Positions 50,656 to 59,242 of a DNA stretch of 64,000 nucleotides are shown piece by piece (the first letter of the stretch is position 1; every line of letters starts with the position of its first letter). The stretch is from IMG/VR virus record IMGVR_UViG_3300031839_001517. One strand, written 5' to 3'. This DNA is from an uncultured virus (IMG/VR IMGVR_UViG_3300031839_001517) (lineage: Duplodnaviria > Heunggongvirae > Uroviricota > Caudoviricetes). Below the pieces are notes generated by a model, which made no database searches, was not told where the DNA came from, and saw nothing but the letters and a program-made list of their open reading frames with translations. A program made the position numbers and the translations under genes.

Positions 50656-51447
50656 TTATATAACATCTCTTAATATGTGAAAGTCTATTAATTCTATTGT
50701 CTCTTCCGGGCCGCCTGTTTCGAAGGCGCGCCCAGTATCTTTTAAGAAAGAAAAAATCTCATAATCGTTGCCCTGCGGATAACAACGGTCACCCACAAAC
50801 CAAAAAACCCAATCGTCTCCCTCAAAATGTCTAAGGGCATACGTTTTATCCCACCCATTAGGGTAAATATCAAAAGAAGTATCCCCTCCAAGCTTTACGG
50901 TTACATCGATTCCCAATTCTTCAAGACCTATTGTTAATTTTTCCATATATTTACCACGAATAAAGTCTTGTTTGTCCATGTCTTTGAATGTTCCTCTTTT
51001 CAATCTATCTGCTTTTCGACCGATTGGGCACCAGTTGACCATAGAACCTCTATTTTGAATAAAGTTTCCAGCCAGAGGAATTTCGTATTCTGACAATAGT
51101 TCGTTTTGTAGTGAGCAAAGGAGCTTCAATAGCTTATTGGTACTTTCTGGACCAATTTCTTCCTCCATGATTGCCCTTGAAATTTCATTAAAAATTATTT
51201 CTTGGTCACCGGAGGTTATTAAATATTCAGTTCCATTGCACGGAAGTAGGTGACAATTTCTTTTAATGATCGGATCGTTCAGGGCGGGCCAAAGTTGTTC
51301 CTTGATGTACTCGAGTCCAGAGCCAGTTAAAAAGCCTATTTCCGTGTGCTTACAAAGCTCTCTGAGCGCTTTAAGCATCTTAACAGATATAGGCTCCCTC
51401 GCGTCAGTTAAAGTGCCGTCTACGTCAAACAGAACGAGATTGTTCAT
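50656..51447 (-). CDS. Phosphomannomutase, eukaryote-type HAD-IIB
   Basis: LFDVDGTLT, TGSG, RGSMVNWCPIGR, GGDTSFDIYPNGWDKTYAL, GDRCYPQGNDYEI. Confidence 0.88.
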   Translation of the reverse strand: MNNLVLFDVDGTLTDAREPISVKMLKALRELCKHTEIGFLTGSGLEYIKEQLWPALNDPIIKRNCHLLPCNGTEYLITSGDQEIIFNEISRAIMEEEIGPESTNKLLKLLCSLQNELLSEYEIPLAGNFIQNRGSMVNWCPIGRKADRLKRGTFKDMDKQDFIRGKYMEKLTIGLEELGIDVTVKLGGDTSFDIYPNGWDKTYALRHFEGDDWVFWFVGDRCYPQGNDYEIFSFLKDTGRAFETGGPEETIELIDFHILRDVI

Positions 51448-51472
51448 TTTTTCTCCTAAATGTGTTTTATAT

Positions 51473-51500
51473 AATATAACCTATTTTGATTATTGTTCAA
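51473..51500 (-). promoter_or_regulatory. Possible sigma70-type promoter
   Basis: TTGAAC-16 nt-TATATT upstream of the phosphomannomutase. Confidence 0.4.
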
Positions 51501-51693
51501 TAGGAAATAAATATTCTTCTTTTGTTTTCTTATACTCAGCAGTATCTTCTATGTATATCTCATAGTCATAGAAGTCTTTTTCGGGGCACACACACAGTAT
51601 CACCGCGCGCTTTTGATATTTACCATCTGGATTCATATCTCTTAGGCTGTCGTAGTAAACCCACTCATCAACTTTAAACTTTCTTGTTTTCAT
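51490..51693 (-). CDS. Hypothetical protein
   Basis: 67-aa ORF overlapping the upstream gene. Confidence 0.6.
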   Translation of the reverse strand: MKTRKFKVDEWVYYDSLRDMNPDGKYQKRAVILCVCPEKDFYDYEIYIEDTAEYKKTKEEYLFPIEQ

Positions 51694-52159
51694 TTTCTTT
51701 GACTTTGTAAACTATCTCGTGCAGAACGCCCGGAGATAAATCTTTTCTTTCATAAATTTTTATTGTCTTCCAATCAACAACACACGCTATTCTTAGTGCG
51801 TAGGCTATCCATTCACTGCAATACCAACGATTTTCGGTTTTGATTCGGAAAGGGAGAAACTGGGAGAGTAACATCCCAATCCAATCGTACCCACTTCCCT
51901 TGGTTTCATCATAGAAGTCTAGTATTGTCTGATACTGCGCAGAATCTACATCTAGCGTTATAAAATCCCAATCTGCGGGGCTAGCAAAAAACTTTTTCGA
52001 AGCTTCGATCTTGCTGAGTAACTTAGGGCTAATACTAATCCATGTTTCGCAGTCGTCTAGAATCAACTCAGCATGGCTATATTTGCTGTTCGTCCACCAT
52101 CTAACAATTTTATTAAGGATATCTCCATGTCCTTTATAAAATGCGATAGTTATTTTCAC
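51674..52159 (-). CDS. Permuted papain-like (YiiX/NlpC-P60-type) protein
   Basis: YSHAEL (His) precedes GYDW and WYCSE (Cys). Confidence 0.75.
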   Translation of the reverse strand: MKITIAFYKGHGDILNKIVRWWTNSKYSHAELILDDCETWISISPKLLSKIEASKKFFASPADWDFITLDVDSAQYQTILDFYDETKGSGYDWIGMLLSQFLPFRIKTENRWYCSEWIAYALRIACVVDWKTIKIYERKDLSPGVLHEIVYKVKENENKKV

Positions 52160-52193
52160 TCTTTGTTCCCCTAGAATATGTATCTTGAGTTTA

Positions 52194-52385
52194 CTATTTT
52201 TTATTTCTTAATCTGATTTTTTCTGCGTAATCTCGCTTCTGATAAACAACTCTGTCAACTTCCTCTGTTTCCAAATCATAAACTTCTTTCATTTCCCAAA
52301 GAGCTTCTTCCATCTGATCGGACGTTTCTCTGATTTTATCTTCAACTTTTTTCTCTACGCTAAACCACTTTATCCACTTAAACAT
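52194..52385 (-). CDS. Hypothetical protein
   Basis: 63 aa, AGGAG SD and CTATTTA motif upstream. Confidence 0.6.
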   Translation of the reverse strand: MFKWIKWFSVEKKVEDKIRETSDQMEEALWEMKEVYDLETEEVDRVVYQKRDYAEKIRLRNKK

Positions 52386-52424
52386 ATCATACTCCTGATA
52401 ATAGTAAATAGAACAATATTAAAA

Positions 52425-52757
52425 TGGTGGAGACGGCGGGAATCGAACCCGCGTCCAGAATATTTCTAATTGTAGTCATTCACAAGCTTATTCAGTTTCT
52501 ATCACAAACTGACAAAGATAGATGGCTATAAAATATCGCTTACCATCCTGTTGCGATAAGTTTTTTGATTTTTGCAACTTGTCTGTTGTGTTGATTAGAT
52601 TGGATAGAAGGCTCTAATCGGCCTCCCTACTAAGCGGCTAAGCGCTGTTCGAAGTGTAAGTTGTTATTTGCAACTAAGTTTTTTTGAACTGTCAAGGTCG
52701 TGTCTAACCTGCTTGCACTATTCCTCTTCATTACCCTGTCGAAGCCTAGTCATCCCC
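52425..52757 (-). ncRNA. ssrA: tmRNA (333 nt), tag peptide ANNNLHFEQRLAA
   Basis: 5' GGGGATG pairs with 3' CGTCTCC-A-CCA with the G3:U Ala determinant; T-arm GCGGG TTCGATT CCCGC; resume codon GCA at 52671; tandem TAG TAG stops at 52632-52627. Confidence 0.96.
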
Positions 52758-52959
52758 TTTTCTTTTTTATAATCACTCCAATTGGAGAATGGTTCACATC
52801 ATCCAACCAAATTGTTATTTCTTTATCTCTTTTCTGTTTTTCAGAAAACGAAAATTTTATACTTTTTGTGGCAGCCTTTAAAGCTGCTGATTCTGACGAG
52901 TGTTTACTTACTAATTCGCCCTGAATATATCCGTTATGTTCTTTATATACTTTCCACAT
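52750..52959 (-). CDS. Hypothetical protein
   Basis: 69 aa; its last 8 nt overlap the tmRNA 5' end. Confidence 0.6.
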   Translation of the reverse strand: MWKVYKEHNGYIQGELVSKHSSESAALKAATKSIKFSFSEKQKRDKEITIWLDDVNHSPIGVIIKKKRG

Positions 52960-53543
52960 TATAGCATGCCATCAATAGTAGTTCTCATGTATTCCTCACT
53001 GAATCCTGTGTGCCCTAAGTAAATGCTTAAATCTCTTGTTAGATAGATATAGGTTGGGTACCCCTGAACATCATATCCAGTAACCCCACTTGGATCCATA
53101 ACTTGTCCAGCAGGCGCCTGCAACACTGGAGAGGAAGTATTTCCGTGACCCTCGGCCCATGTTTGAACATCTTCTTGTGTGGTAGGTAAGTTTTCGATAC
53201 CAGCCATTAGCAAAGTAACAATAACCACTTCGCCGGCGTAGTCATCTTGTATTGGTTGAGCATAATGACCAGCGCTCTGGCATGGGCCACACCATGCTGC
53301 GGAAAAGTCTAAAATAACTACCTTGCCTTCGTGTTCGTATAATCTCCATGGATTTCCTGTATGATCATCAAATTTGAAATCACAAACTGTGGCACCTATC
53401 TGATCATGACTACAATCTTCTGCGGCCGCAATCCCGTACTCTATTGGTGGTAGCTGTGGTAGTTGTTCGCCGCTATCATCTGTGGCTACTTCTAACTCTG
53501 CTGGCCCACAGCCTAAGACGGTCAATAATATTAATTTAAACAT
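52959..53543 (-). CDS. TlpA/redoxin-family thiol-disulfide oxidoreductase lipoprotein
   Basis: Lipobox MFKLILLTVLG-C; GKVVILDFSAAWCGPC; cis-Pro loop GYPTY. Confidence 0.85.
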   Translation of the reverse strand: MFKLILLTVLGCGPAELEVATDDSGEQLPQLPPIEYGIAAAEDCSHDQIGATVCDFKFDDHTGNPWRLYEHEGKVVILDFSAAWCGPCQSAGHYAQPIQDDYAGEVVIVTLLMAGIENLPTTQEDVQTWAEGHGNTSSPVLQAPAGQVMDPSGVTGYDVQGYPTYIYLTRDLSIYLGHTGFSEEYMRTTIDGML

Positions 53544-53904
53544 TCTGTTTTTCCTCTTTGTCGGTATCAAAAAACTTATTAATTTGATACTTCTTACATA
53601 TATTTAGAAATTCTAAGTACGTTAATCCCAAAAATCTGGATGCATCTTTTTTAGATTTAGTAGCCGAGATGGCAAATTTGAGAGTAGCCTCCTGAACAAT
53701 GTTAGGGAGTGCTCTCCATATATCAAAACCATATAACCTGTTGTTAATATTATTAGCTGCTAATTCAAGCTTGACAGCAATTAAATCTTCAAGAGATAAT
53801 GAGTTAAGAGAAACTAGTAATTGATCATTAAGTAAATTCTGTTCTTTTAAGATCTTAATTATACTTTTAGATTTAGTAGTGATCTTCTTTGTTTGTACTG
53901 TCAT
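53536..53904 (-). CDS. Hypothetical protein with C-terminal Fis-like HTH
   Basis: FAISATKSKKDASRFLGLTYLEFLNICKKY. Confidence 0.55.
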   Translation of the reverse strand: MTVQTKKITTKSKSIIKILKEQNLLNDQLLVSLNSLSLEDLIAVKLELAANNINNRLYGFDIWRALPNIVQEATLKFAISATKSKKDASRFLGLTYLEFLNICKKYQINKFFDTDKEEKQNV

Positions 53905-53934
53905 TATTAACTATCACAAGCAGAACACAAATTT

Positions 53935-53963
53935 ATTATAATAAGTATTCTCAGATTTGTCAA
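53935..53963 (-). promoter_or_regulatory. Consensus sigma70 promoter
   Basis: TTGACA-17 nt-TATAAT, perfect match. Confidence 0.85.
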
Positions 53964-53973
53964 ATTAAAAAGT

Positions 53974-54243
53974 TTAGAAAACTCCGTCACCGTTATCAGA
54001 AATCTTGCCTTCAACATATGCTTTCAAAATTTGTGTCAGCTTTTCGGCCCTTTTGACAATTTCTTCATCGCCTTCATCTTTGGCGGCTCTGGCTTCTGCT
54101 TTTTTTGCATCCTTTTCTTCTTCGGTCATGGCGTCTTTAACCGCCTTCGGCAGATCTTCGATCGGATCCGGCTCTCCACCGCCATCATCGCCACTTTCAA
54201 GTATAATTAGTGCTGAAAGTAGTTGTTGCTCGCGTTCATTCAT
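53974..54243 (-). CDS. Hypothetical acidic protein
   Basis: 89 aa, AGGAG SD. Confidence 0.65.
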   Translation of the reverse strand: MNEREQQLLSALIILESGDDGGGEPDPIEDLPKAVKDAMTEEEKDAKKAEARAAKDEGDEEIVKRAEKLTQILKAYVEGKISDNGDGVF

Positions 54244-54262
54244 AACAAAATGTTCTCCTATA

Positions 54263-55027
54263 TTAGAGATCTAATTCTATATCGTCTTCGGAACTTTGTG
54301 TAGCACCCTGATCCTGCTTAGCCATATCGTACGCCTGATTGCTGGGTTCCTCAACTTGGTTAGCTAACTCCTCTTCAAACTTTTCAAAGTACAGTTTTAA
54401 GTTGGCAATCAGATAATCATAAAACAATTCTTGGTCCTCTGGATTAGCTAAAAGCTCATAAGAGTCAATGATGCTACTTTCGATTTTCTTATAAGACTGG
54501 TATGCTACGTTTCTTCCGGTCTCATCACCATCAACGCCAGAACCAAAAGAATCGCGAGGATCCTCTTCTTCATCTTCAGATGCTTTGTCCGCCGGAGATC
54601 TGATATCGATAAACTTGTCGTCTCCAAGTGCAGCCTCATCGCCTACTTTGATATCAATCTCTTCTTCTAAATCAGAATCAGCATCGGCAGCTTGATTGTT
54701 AAGTCTCGCCGGCGTAAGTGAATTGTCCACAGCGTTAATAACGTGCGCTCGATATGATTGACGTTGATCAGGATTTGTGGTTAAAGACTTGTAATCTGTT
54801 TCCAAAATTGGTATAATCTTTTTAAGAAGTTCTTCTAGTACATTAATACCAGTGGACTTGTTTGGTGATGGATCGACATCTGGCGTCTGCCCTTCTGCTA
54901 AATCAAAGTCCATCATTTTTCTAATAATCATACGAAGTTCATTTTCTTCATTAAGTGTTTTTTGTGACTTGACATGTCTGATAATTTGTCTTATATTCTC
55001 TCTGAGAATCTTCTCTTCTTGGTTCAT
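54263..55027 (-). CDS. Acidic protein, possible prohead core/internal protein
   Basis: 254 aa; amphipathic ILRENIRQII and LNEENELRMIIRKM segments; D/E-rich. Confidence 0.55.
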   Translation of the reverse strand: MNQEEKILRENIRQIIRHVKSQKTLNEENELRMIIRKMMDFDLAEGQTPDVDPSPNKSTGINVLEELLKKIIPILETDYKSLTTNPDQRQSYRAHVINAVDNSLTPARLNNQAADADSDLEEEIDIKVGDEAALGDDKFIDIRSPADKASEDEEEDPRDSFGSGVDGDETGRNVAYQSYKKIESSIIDSYELLANPEDQELFYDYLIANLKLYFEKFEEELANQVEEPSNQAYDMAKQDQGATQSSEDDIELDL

Positions 55028-57042
55028 TTTGTAATGCCTCTTTTCATAATTAGTTCTATAACCTCATCAATCAAACTTATATCGATATATTCGTTCTTCT
55101 TTTTCTTCTTGGGTCTAGCCGACCCATATCCCAAAGGGGCCGCATATCCTCCAGCCGCCGCTGCTGTGGACATTTCCTCTACACCCACGAGCCCTAATAT
55201 ATCTAATATGGCATCGACATTCTCTTCACCAACAAAGTCAGCTATTTCTGCTTTGTTTCCGGATCCGGCGCCTAGTGCATTTCTAAATGCTGTTGCACTG
55301 TATGGTTCTCCACTAGCACGCACTGTGGGATTAACTGCGGTCTTTTCTGGATCAAGTAGCTTTACCCCGTTCTTAACGTATTTTTCTGCACCGAGCCATC
55401 TTTTCCAGTCGTCATCTTTGGTACTGGCGCCCAATATGGCCCTGTCACCCACGTTCAATGGTCCCTTATCGCCAATAAAATCATATGCTGCAGTTATAGG
55501 CGAGGCATGGTCTTTTGAAGCCTCAACGCTAACGTTGGGCATGCCAGAAACCATGACTTGCCATATCTTAAGGGAATCGTCAGAAGTGATCTCTCTACCA
55601 TCTGGCAGGTATCTTCCTCTTTTGGTTGGCTTTGATATGATTACTACAACTTCGTCTGCCATATCAGCGTACTTTCGGACCATGTCCAAGTGCCCTCGAT
55701 GTGGTGGTTTAAACGCCCCGGGTACCACAGCGACAGTTTTTGGGTAATCAGAGTCGACTACCGGATCATCTGACTCATCATCTACAAAATCTATTTCAAT
55801 TTCTTCATCTATGTCTTCTTGCATTCCTGAACGTCTTGCTCTGCCGATAATCTGATTAGCCATAGCAAATGCACCGGTGAGTTTATAAATTTTATCAGAA
55901 CCCGGTGGATATTCAAATACAACACCTTCCATAGAAGAAGCAAGATTCTCTATCTTTCCAAGTTTTGCTAACTGCTTGTCAACAAGTTCTCCCATCTTTT
56001 CATCGCCTGAAGACTGCAATGCTTTCAAATAGGTAATCGATTGTTCAAGCTCTTTTCTCATTCTGTCAACTTCTTTGTCGTTATCTTTTACAAAGAAACT
56101 TTTCACTCCACGAAGTACTTCAATAGCAAAATCGCTAATAGCCACTTCGAGAGGTTGTAAAACGGATGAGATATATTTTCTAGAATTTGTCTTTGAGCCA
56201 AGCTTGGATACCACTGATTGAAGTTCTTTTGGTAATCCTTTTTTGAGATTTACAACGGAGATGCCTCTCTCTTTGGCTTCATCTGGATTTAACATCAACA
56301 TTATAAGCTTGTCAGTCACATCTCTTGGTAGATCTACTTGGTCTGCATATTTTCGCACCACCAACTCAACATAACTTGCTAAGCTGCCATCCATGCCAAC
56401 GGGTCCAGCAAAAGATTTGATACGTCGACTAACCTCTTCAACTGCGGCGCCGTCGGCAAGCTTTTTTAAAGCTACAATTTTTGGTCCATGGACACTCCAC
56501 TGTTCACCGCCGACTTGTTCGCTAGCACCATCGATAAGGCCAGCCAACTTGGTAAACTTTTGTTTTGTCTCTGATCGCATTTCTGGTGTTTCATCTTCGT
56601 CACCAAAGTATTGCAATCCGTGCAAAACAATATTTGGAGCAGAATACAAAATAATATTAGGATTATTAGGATACATAATCTCCATGTTAACGTACCTCTG
56701 GCCGTCCGCAAAGATTGTTTCCAACTCCTCTGGGCTTAGCTTACGCAAAGCCGCTGAGACCGCCTTAAAACCGTTTGTAAAGGCATTTTCTGCTGGGTGT
56801 CCTTTCCATTTACTGATATACTCATCAGTTGTCATTCCACCCTTCTTTACATCGCCGCTATTACGAGCAGTTTTTATTTCTCCAGAAGAATCGACGGTCA
56901 AAAACAAATTCTGACCGTCAACCTTTTCCGTAGCGTTATCTATCTCGGCAAGCGCCACCTTTTGGAGGATGCTGACTATCTCATTGAAAGTCAGACTCAG
57001 GTCCTCCGAAAGGTGTGCCATGTGTCCGGCAACACCACCCAT
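55024..57042 (-). CDS. Fusion of a ligase-like nucleotidyltransferase domain and a HIGH-family cytidylyltransferase
   Basis: GHMAHL, EKVDGQN (KxDG), EGVVF and YKLTG in the N-terminal domain; PGAFKPPHRGH and YSATAFR in the C-terminal domain. Confidence 0.72.
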   Translation of the reverse strand: MGGVAGHMAHLSEDLSLTFNEIVSILQKVALAEIDNATEKVDGQNLFLTVDSSGEIKTARNSGDVKKGGMTTDEYISKWKGHPAENAFTNGFKAVSAALRKLSPEELETIFADGQRYVNMEIMYPNNPNIILYSAPNIVLHGLQYFGDEDETPEMRSETKQKFTKLAGLIDGASEQVGGEQWSVHGPKIVALKKLADGAAVEEVSRRIKSFAGPVGMDGSLASYVELVVRKYADQVDLPRDVTDKLIMLMLNPDEAKERGISVVNLKKGLPKELQSVVSKLGSKTNSRKYISSVLQPLEVAISDFAIEVLRGVKSFFVKDNDKEVDRMRKELEQSITYLKALQSSGDEKMGELVDKQLAKLGKIENLASSMEGVVFEYPPGSDKIYKLTGAFAMANQIIGRARRSGMQEDIDEEIEIDFVDDESDDPVVDSDYPKTVAVVPGAFKPPHRGHLDMVRKYADMADEVVVIISKPTKRGRYLPDGREITSDDSLKIWQVMVSGMPNVSVEASKDHASPITAAYDFIGDKGPLNVGDRAILGASTKDDDWKRWLGAEKYVKNGVKLLDPEKTAVNPTVRASGEPYSATAFRNALGAGSGNKAEIADFVGEENVDAILDILGLVGVEEMSTAAAAGGYAAPLGYGSARPKKKKKNEYIDISLIDEVIELIMKRGITK

Positions 57043-57293
57043 TACTTATCTCCCTGAGATTCTTCTATTATATTAAGTTTTTCTTGGAGCACATCAATAT
57101 TACTTTCCATACGGCGAGCAAATCTCTTAACTTCTCGCAAGTGTGTCTTTGCGAGTTGGAGTCTGCGTTTTTCGACCATTGTCCTTGGTTTAAGATTGGA
57201 AATTATTTCTTGGAGACCTTGAATATAGGTAAAGATGTTCTTTTCATCAAGACTCTCGTTAAGAAAATCTCGCCATTGTGTGTTTAATGACAT
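57042..57293 (-). CDS. Hypothetical coiled-coil protein
   Basis: 83 aa, begins MSLNTQWRDFLNE; GAGGA SD. Confidence 0.7.
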   Translation of the reverse strand: MSLNTQWRDFLNESLDEKNIFTYIQGLQEIISNLKPRTMVEKRRLQLAKTHLREVKRFARRMESNIDVLQEKLNIIEESQGDK

Positions 57294-57389
57294 AATATGT
57301 TCCTCGTTGTTTTGTAATAATAATAGTTTTTTAATAAAGGTAATTCGTGACTTTCTAAGTTCAATTTTTGTACTTACCGGTCATGATTC

Positions 57390-58598
57390 TTAGCCTTTCA
57401 GGTGTTTGGCGAGCATGTTTCTGATAGCTTCGCGAAGAGCATCTTGATCTTCGTGCATTCTATCAGCATGCATTCTATCACGACCAACATCTCTGTCTTC
57501 GTTTCCTGCACGCTTGGCTGCAACTTCTTCAATGTCTTCTTCGTTTACGAATGCTTCGTCACCTTTCTTCTCGCCGCGGCCTTTACCGCTGTGCTTAAGC
57601 TTATCACCCTTGTGAGTTTTTGAATCATCGCCCTTAGACTCACCATCATCACGCTTAGCAGGATGATCACCGTGACCTTCTGCCAAGCTGGCATCGGTAA
57701 TTTGGATGTCTTCAACGGCAACGTTCTCTAAAATCGTACCATCTTGAAGCTTCATATCATAGGCTGTAACCTTTCCGAGCTTTTTGTTCCAGTTGTGGCC
57801 AACAGCTTCTGCCATTTGGACAGCGCCATTGTGCTCAACACCACCGTGGTGTACACAATAGTGGTTAGGTGCAAAGATTTGCTGTGCATTTTCTTCAAGA
57901 GACTCATCATCATCGTCTTTATCTTCTACTGGCTCTCTCTTGTGAGGCTTGCGACGTTCACCAGCTTGCTTAGCTTGTGCTAACTCTTCAATCTCTTCCT
58001 CTTCCTTCATGTGACCCATGTTGGTGTCATCTTTATCATCACCGTCAACGCCAGACATTCCAGTGTTCTTATCAGCACCTTCGTTAAATTCATTGAATTC
58101 TTCAAGTGTGCTGAACTTAAACCCCCATGCTTCTGAAAGCAATGTAGAGAGTTCGTTATTTTTCCAATCTTTAATAGACATCTTTTTTTCTCCTTTTTGT
58201 AGATGTTCGAAATAAATAGTCTTCTTTATGCTGTCTTCCCAATCTCGGAAGCACATATTTCCGACTTCATACGCTTCGCGTTCCATTTCACGCAAGTGTT
58301 CGTCATTCTGAGCATACCCCTCATCCATCTCACCAGCACTATCAAACTCGCCGCGGCAGTTCTGTGTGTGGTGCACTAATTCGTGGGACAAAGACCTCAT
58401 TACGTCTTTTGGGTGTCGTCCTGTTGTGTATAATGTAATTGACTTTCCAGATGGATCATAATACGCAGTTTTACCCAGAGGGTCGCTTGCATTTTTTTCA
58501 TCACCTTTCAAAAATAATTGAGGTGGCTCATTAAAGCCCATCCTCTGCATAGCAAAAGGCATGAATTTTTTAATCAGTGGGTTTAAAATGTCAATCAT
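57390..58598 (-). CDS. HExxH metallopeptidase-like domain fused to an acidic low-complexity C-terminal region
   Basis: RSLSHELVHHTQ..EREAY; internal SD plus ATG at 58181. Confidence 0.7.
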   Translation of the reverse strand: MIDILNPLIKKFMPFAMQRMGFNEPPQLFLKGDEKNASDPLGKTAYYDPSGKSITLYTTGRHPKDVMRSLSHELVHHTQNCRGEFDSAGEMDEGYAQNDEHLREMEREAYEVGNMCFRDWEDSIKKTIYFEHLQKGEKKMSIKDWKNNELSTLLSEAWGFKFSTLEEFNEFNEGADKNTGMSGVDGDDKDDTNMGHMKEEEEIEELAQAKQAGERRKPHKREPVEDKDDDDESLEENAQQIFAPNHYCVHHGGVEHNGAVQMAEAVGHNWNKKLGKVTAYDMKLQDGTILENVAVEDIQITDASLAEGHGDHPAKRDDGESKGDDSKTHKGDKLKHSGKGRGEKKGDEAFVNEEDIEEVAAKRAGNEDRDVGRDRMHADRMHEDQDALREAIRNMLAKHLKG

Positions 58599-58620
58599 TA
58601 CAGATACTCAGTTAATTCAA

Positions 58621-58630
58621 TATAAATAGT
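58621..58630 (-). promoter_or_regulatory. Putative phage late-promoter motif ACTATTTATA (one of ~11 copies of ACTA(T/G)TTA-like sites)
   Basis: Copies at 14185, 48242, 48623, 49601, 50128, 52405, 53908, 58213, 58623, 59075 and 60737, each shortly upstream of a start codon. Confidence 0.6.
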
Positions 58631-58634
58631 TTTC

Positions 58635-58883
58635 TTATAGCTTATTTACTAATTTGAGTGTTAATGTAAAGAATTCCCTTTCCATAGGGGGTCCATTGAT
58701 GGGTATTACTTTTGAAATTGATACAACGCGATTTGATTGTATCCTGTTTTCATTTTTAACAATTATTCCGTAGTTGGGTACCCAAATTTCTTGTTCGGTA
58801 CACCATGAAGACCACTCGACAATATCGCCCGGCTCTAAATCTTCTGCTGTTACGCTACCAAAAGCTTCTTTTTCATCCATCAT
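58635..58883 (-). CDS. Hypothetical protein (KOW/SH3-like)
   Basis: LEPGDIVEW..YGII; likely start MMDEK at 58883. Confidence 0.55.
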   Translation of the reverse strand: MMDEKEAFGSVTAEDLEPGDIVEWSSWCTEQEIWVPNYGIIVKNENRIQSNRVVSISKVIPINGPPMEREFFTLTLKLVNKL

Positions 58884-59070
58884 ACCTGACCAGCCAAGAA
58901 CAAGTTCCTTGTTTAAGAAAGTGAGTACAAGTTGCCAAAGCTTCTTCCTCAGAGTGAAACGGACCCACTTGAGAAACTTTTTGTTCAACCACGTCGATAA
59001 CGTGTCTTACCAAGAAGACATCGATACCTGACTCAGACTTATCGTCTTTGTTAGTTTTCTTTGCTGCCAC
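58873..59070 (-). CDS. Hypothetical protein
   Basis: 65 aa, GTG start. Confidence 0.55.
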   Translation of the reverse strand: MAAKKTNKDDKSESGIDVFLVRHVIDVVEQKVSQVGPFHSEEEALATCTHFLKQGTCSWLVRYDG

Positions 59071-59089
59071 GCCCTAACTAGGGCATTAA

Positions 59090-59242
59090 TTAAAATAAAA
59101 GCGGACTATTCCCATCATTTTTACATATTAAAAGAACAAGCAAAGATACAACAGTTAGTTCAAATCCTATGAAAACACAGGACAAGGCACCCACGATAAG
59201 CGAAAGTGTTGTTTTCCAAAAAGAATTAAAAGTAAAAAGCAT
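59090..59242 (-). CDS. Small two-TM protein (50 aa), not in the ORF track
   Basis: MLFTFNSFWKTTLSLIVGALSCVFIGFELTVVSLLVLLICKNDGNSPLLF; ATG overlaps the upstream TGA. Confidence 0.55.
   Translation of the reverse strand: MLFTFNSFWKTTLSLIVGALSCVFIGFELTVVSLLVLLICKNDGNSPLLF

Noticed and set aside
34050..51447. Eukaryotic giant virus origin suggested by GT29 and eukaryote-type PMM
   Set aside because: Shine-Dalgarno sites, sigma70 promoters, tmRNA, a sigma factor and contractile-tail baseplate genes indicate a bacteriophage
52425..52460. Stand-alone tRNA or integration att site
   Set aside because: It is the 3' tRNA-like half of the tmRNA; no integrase or duplicated copy seen in the window
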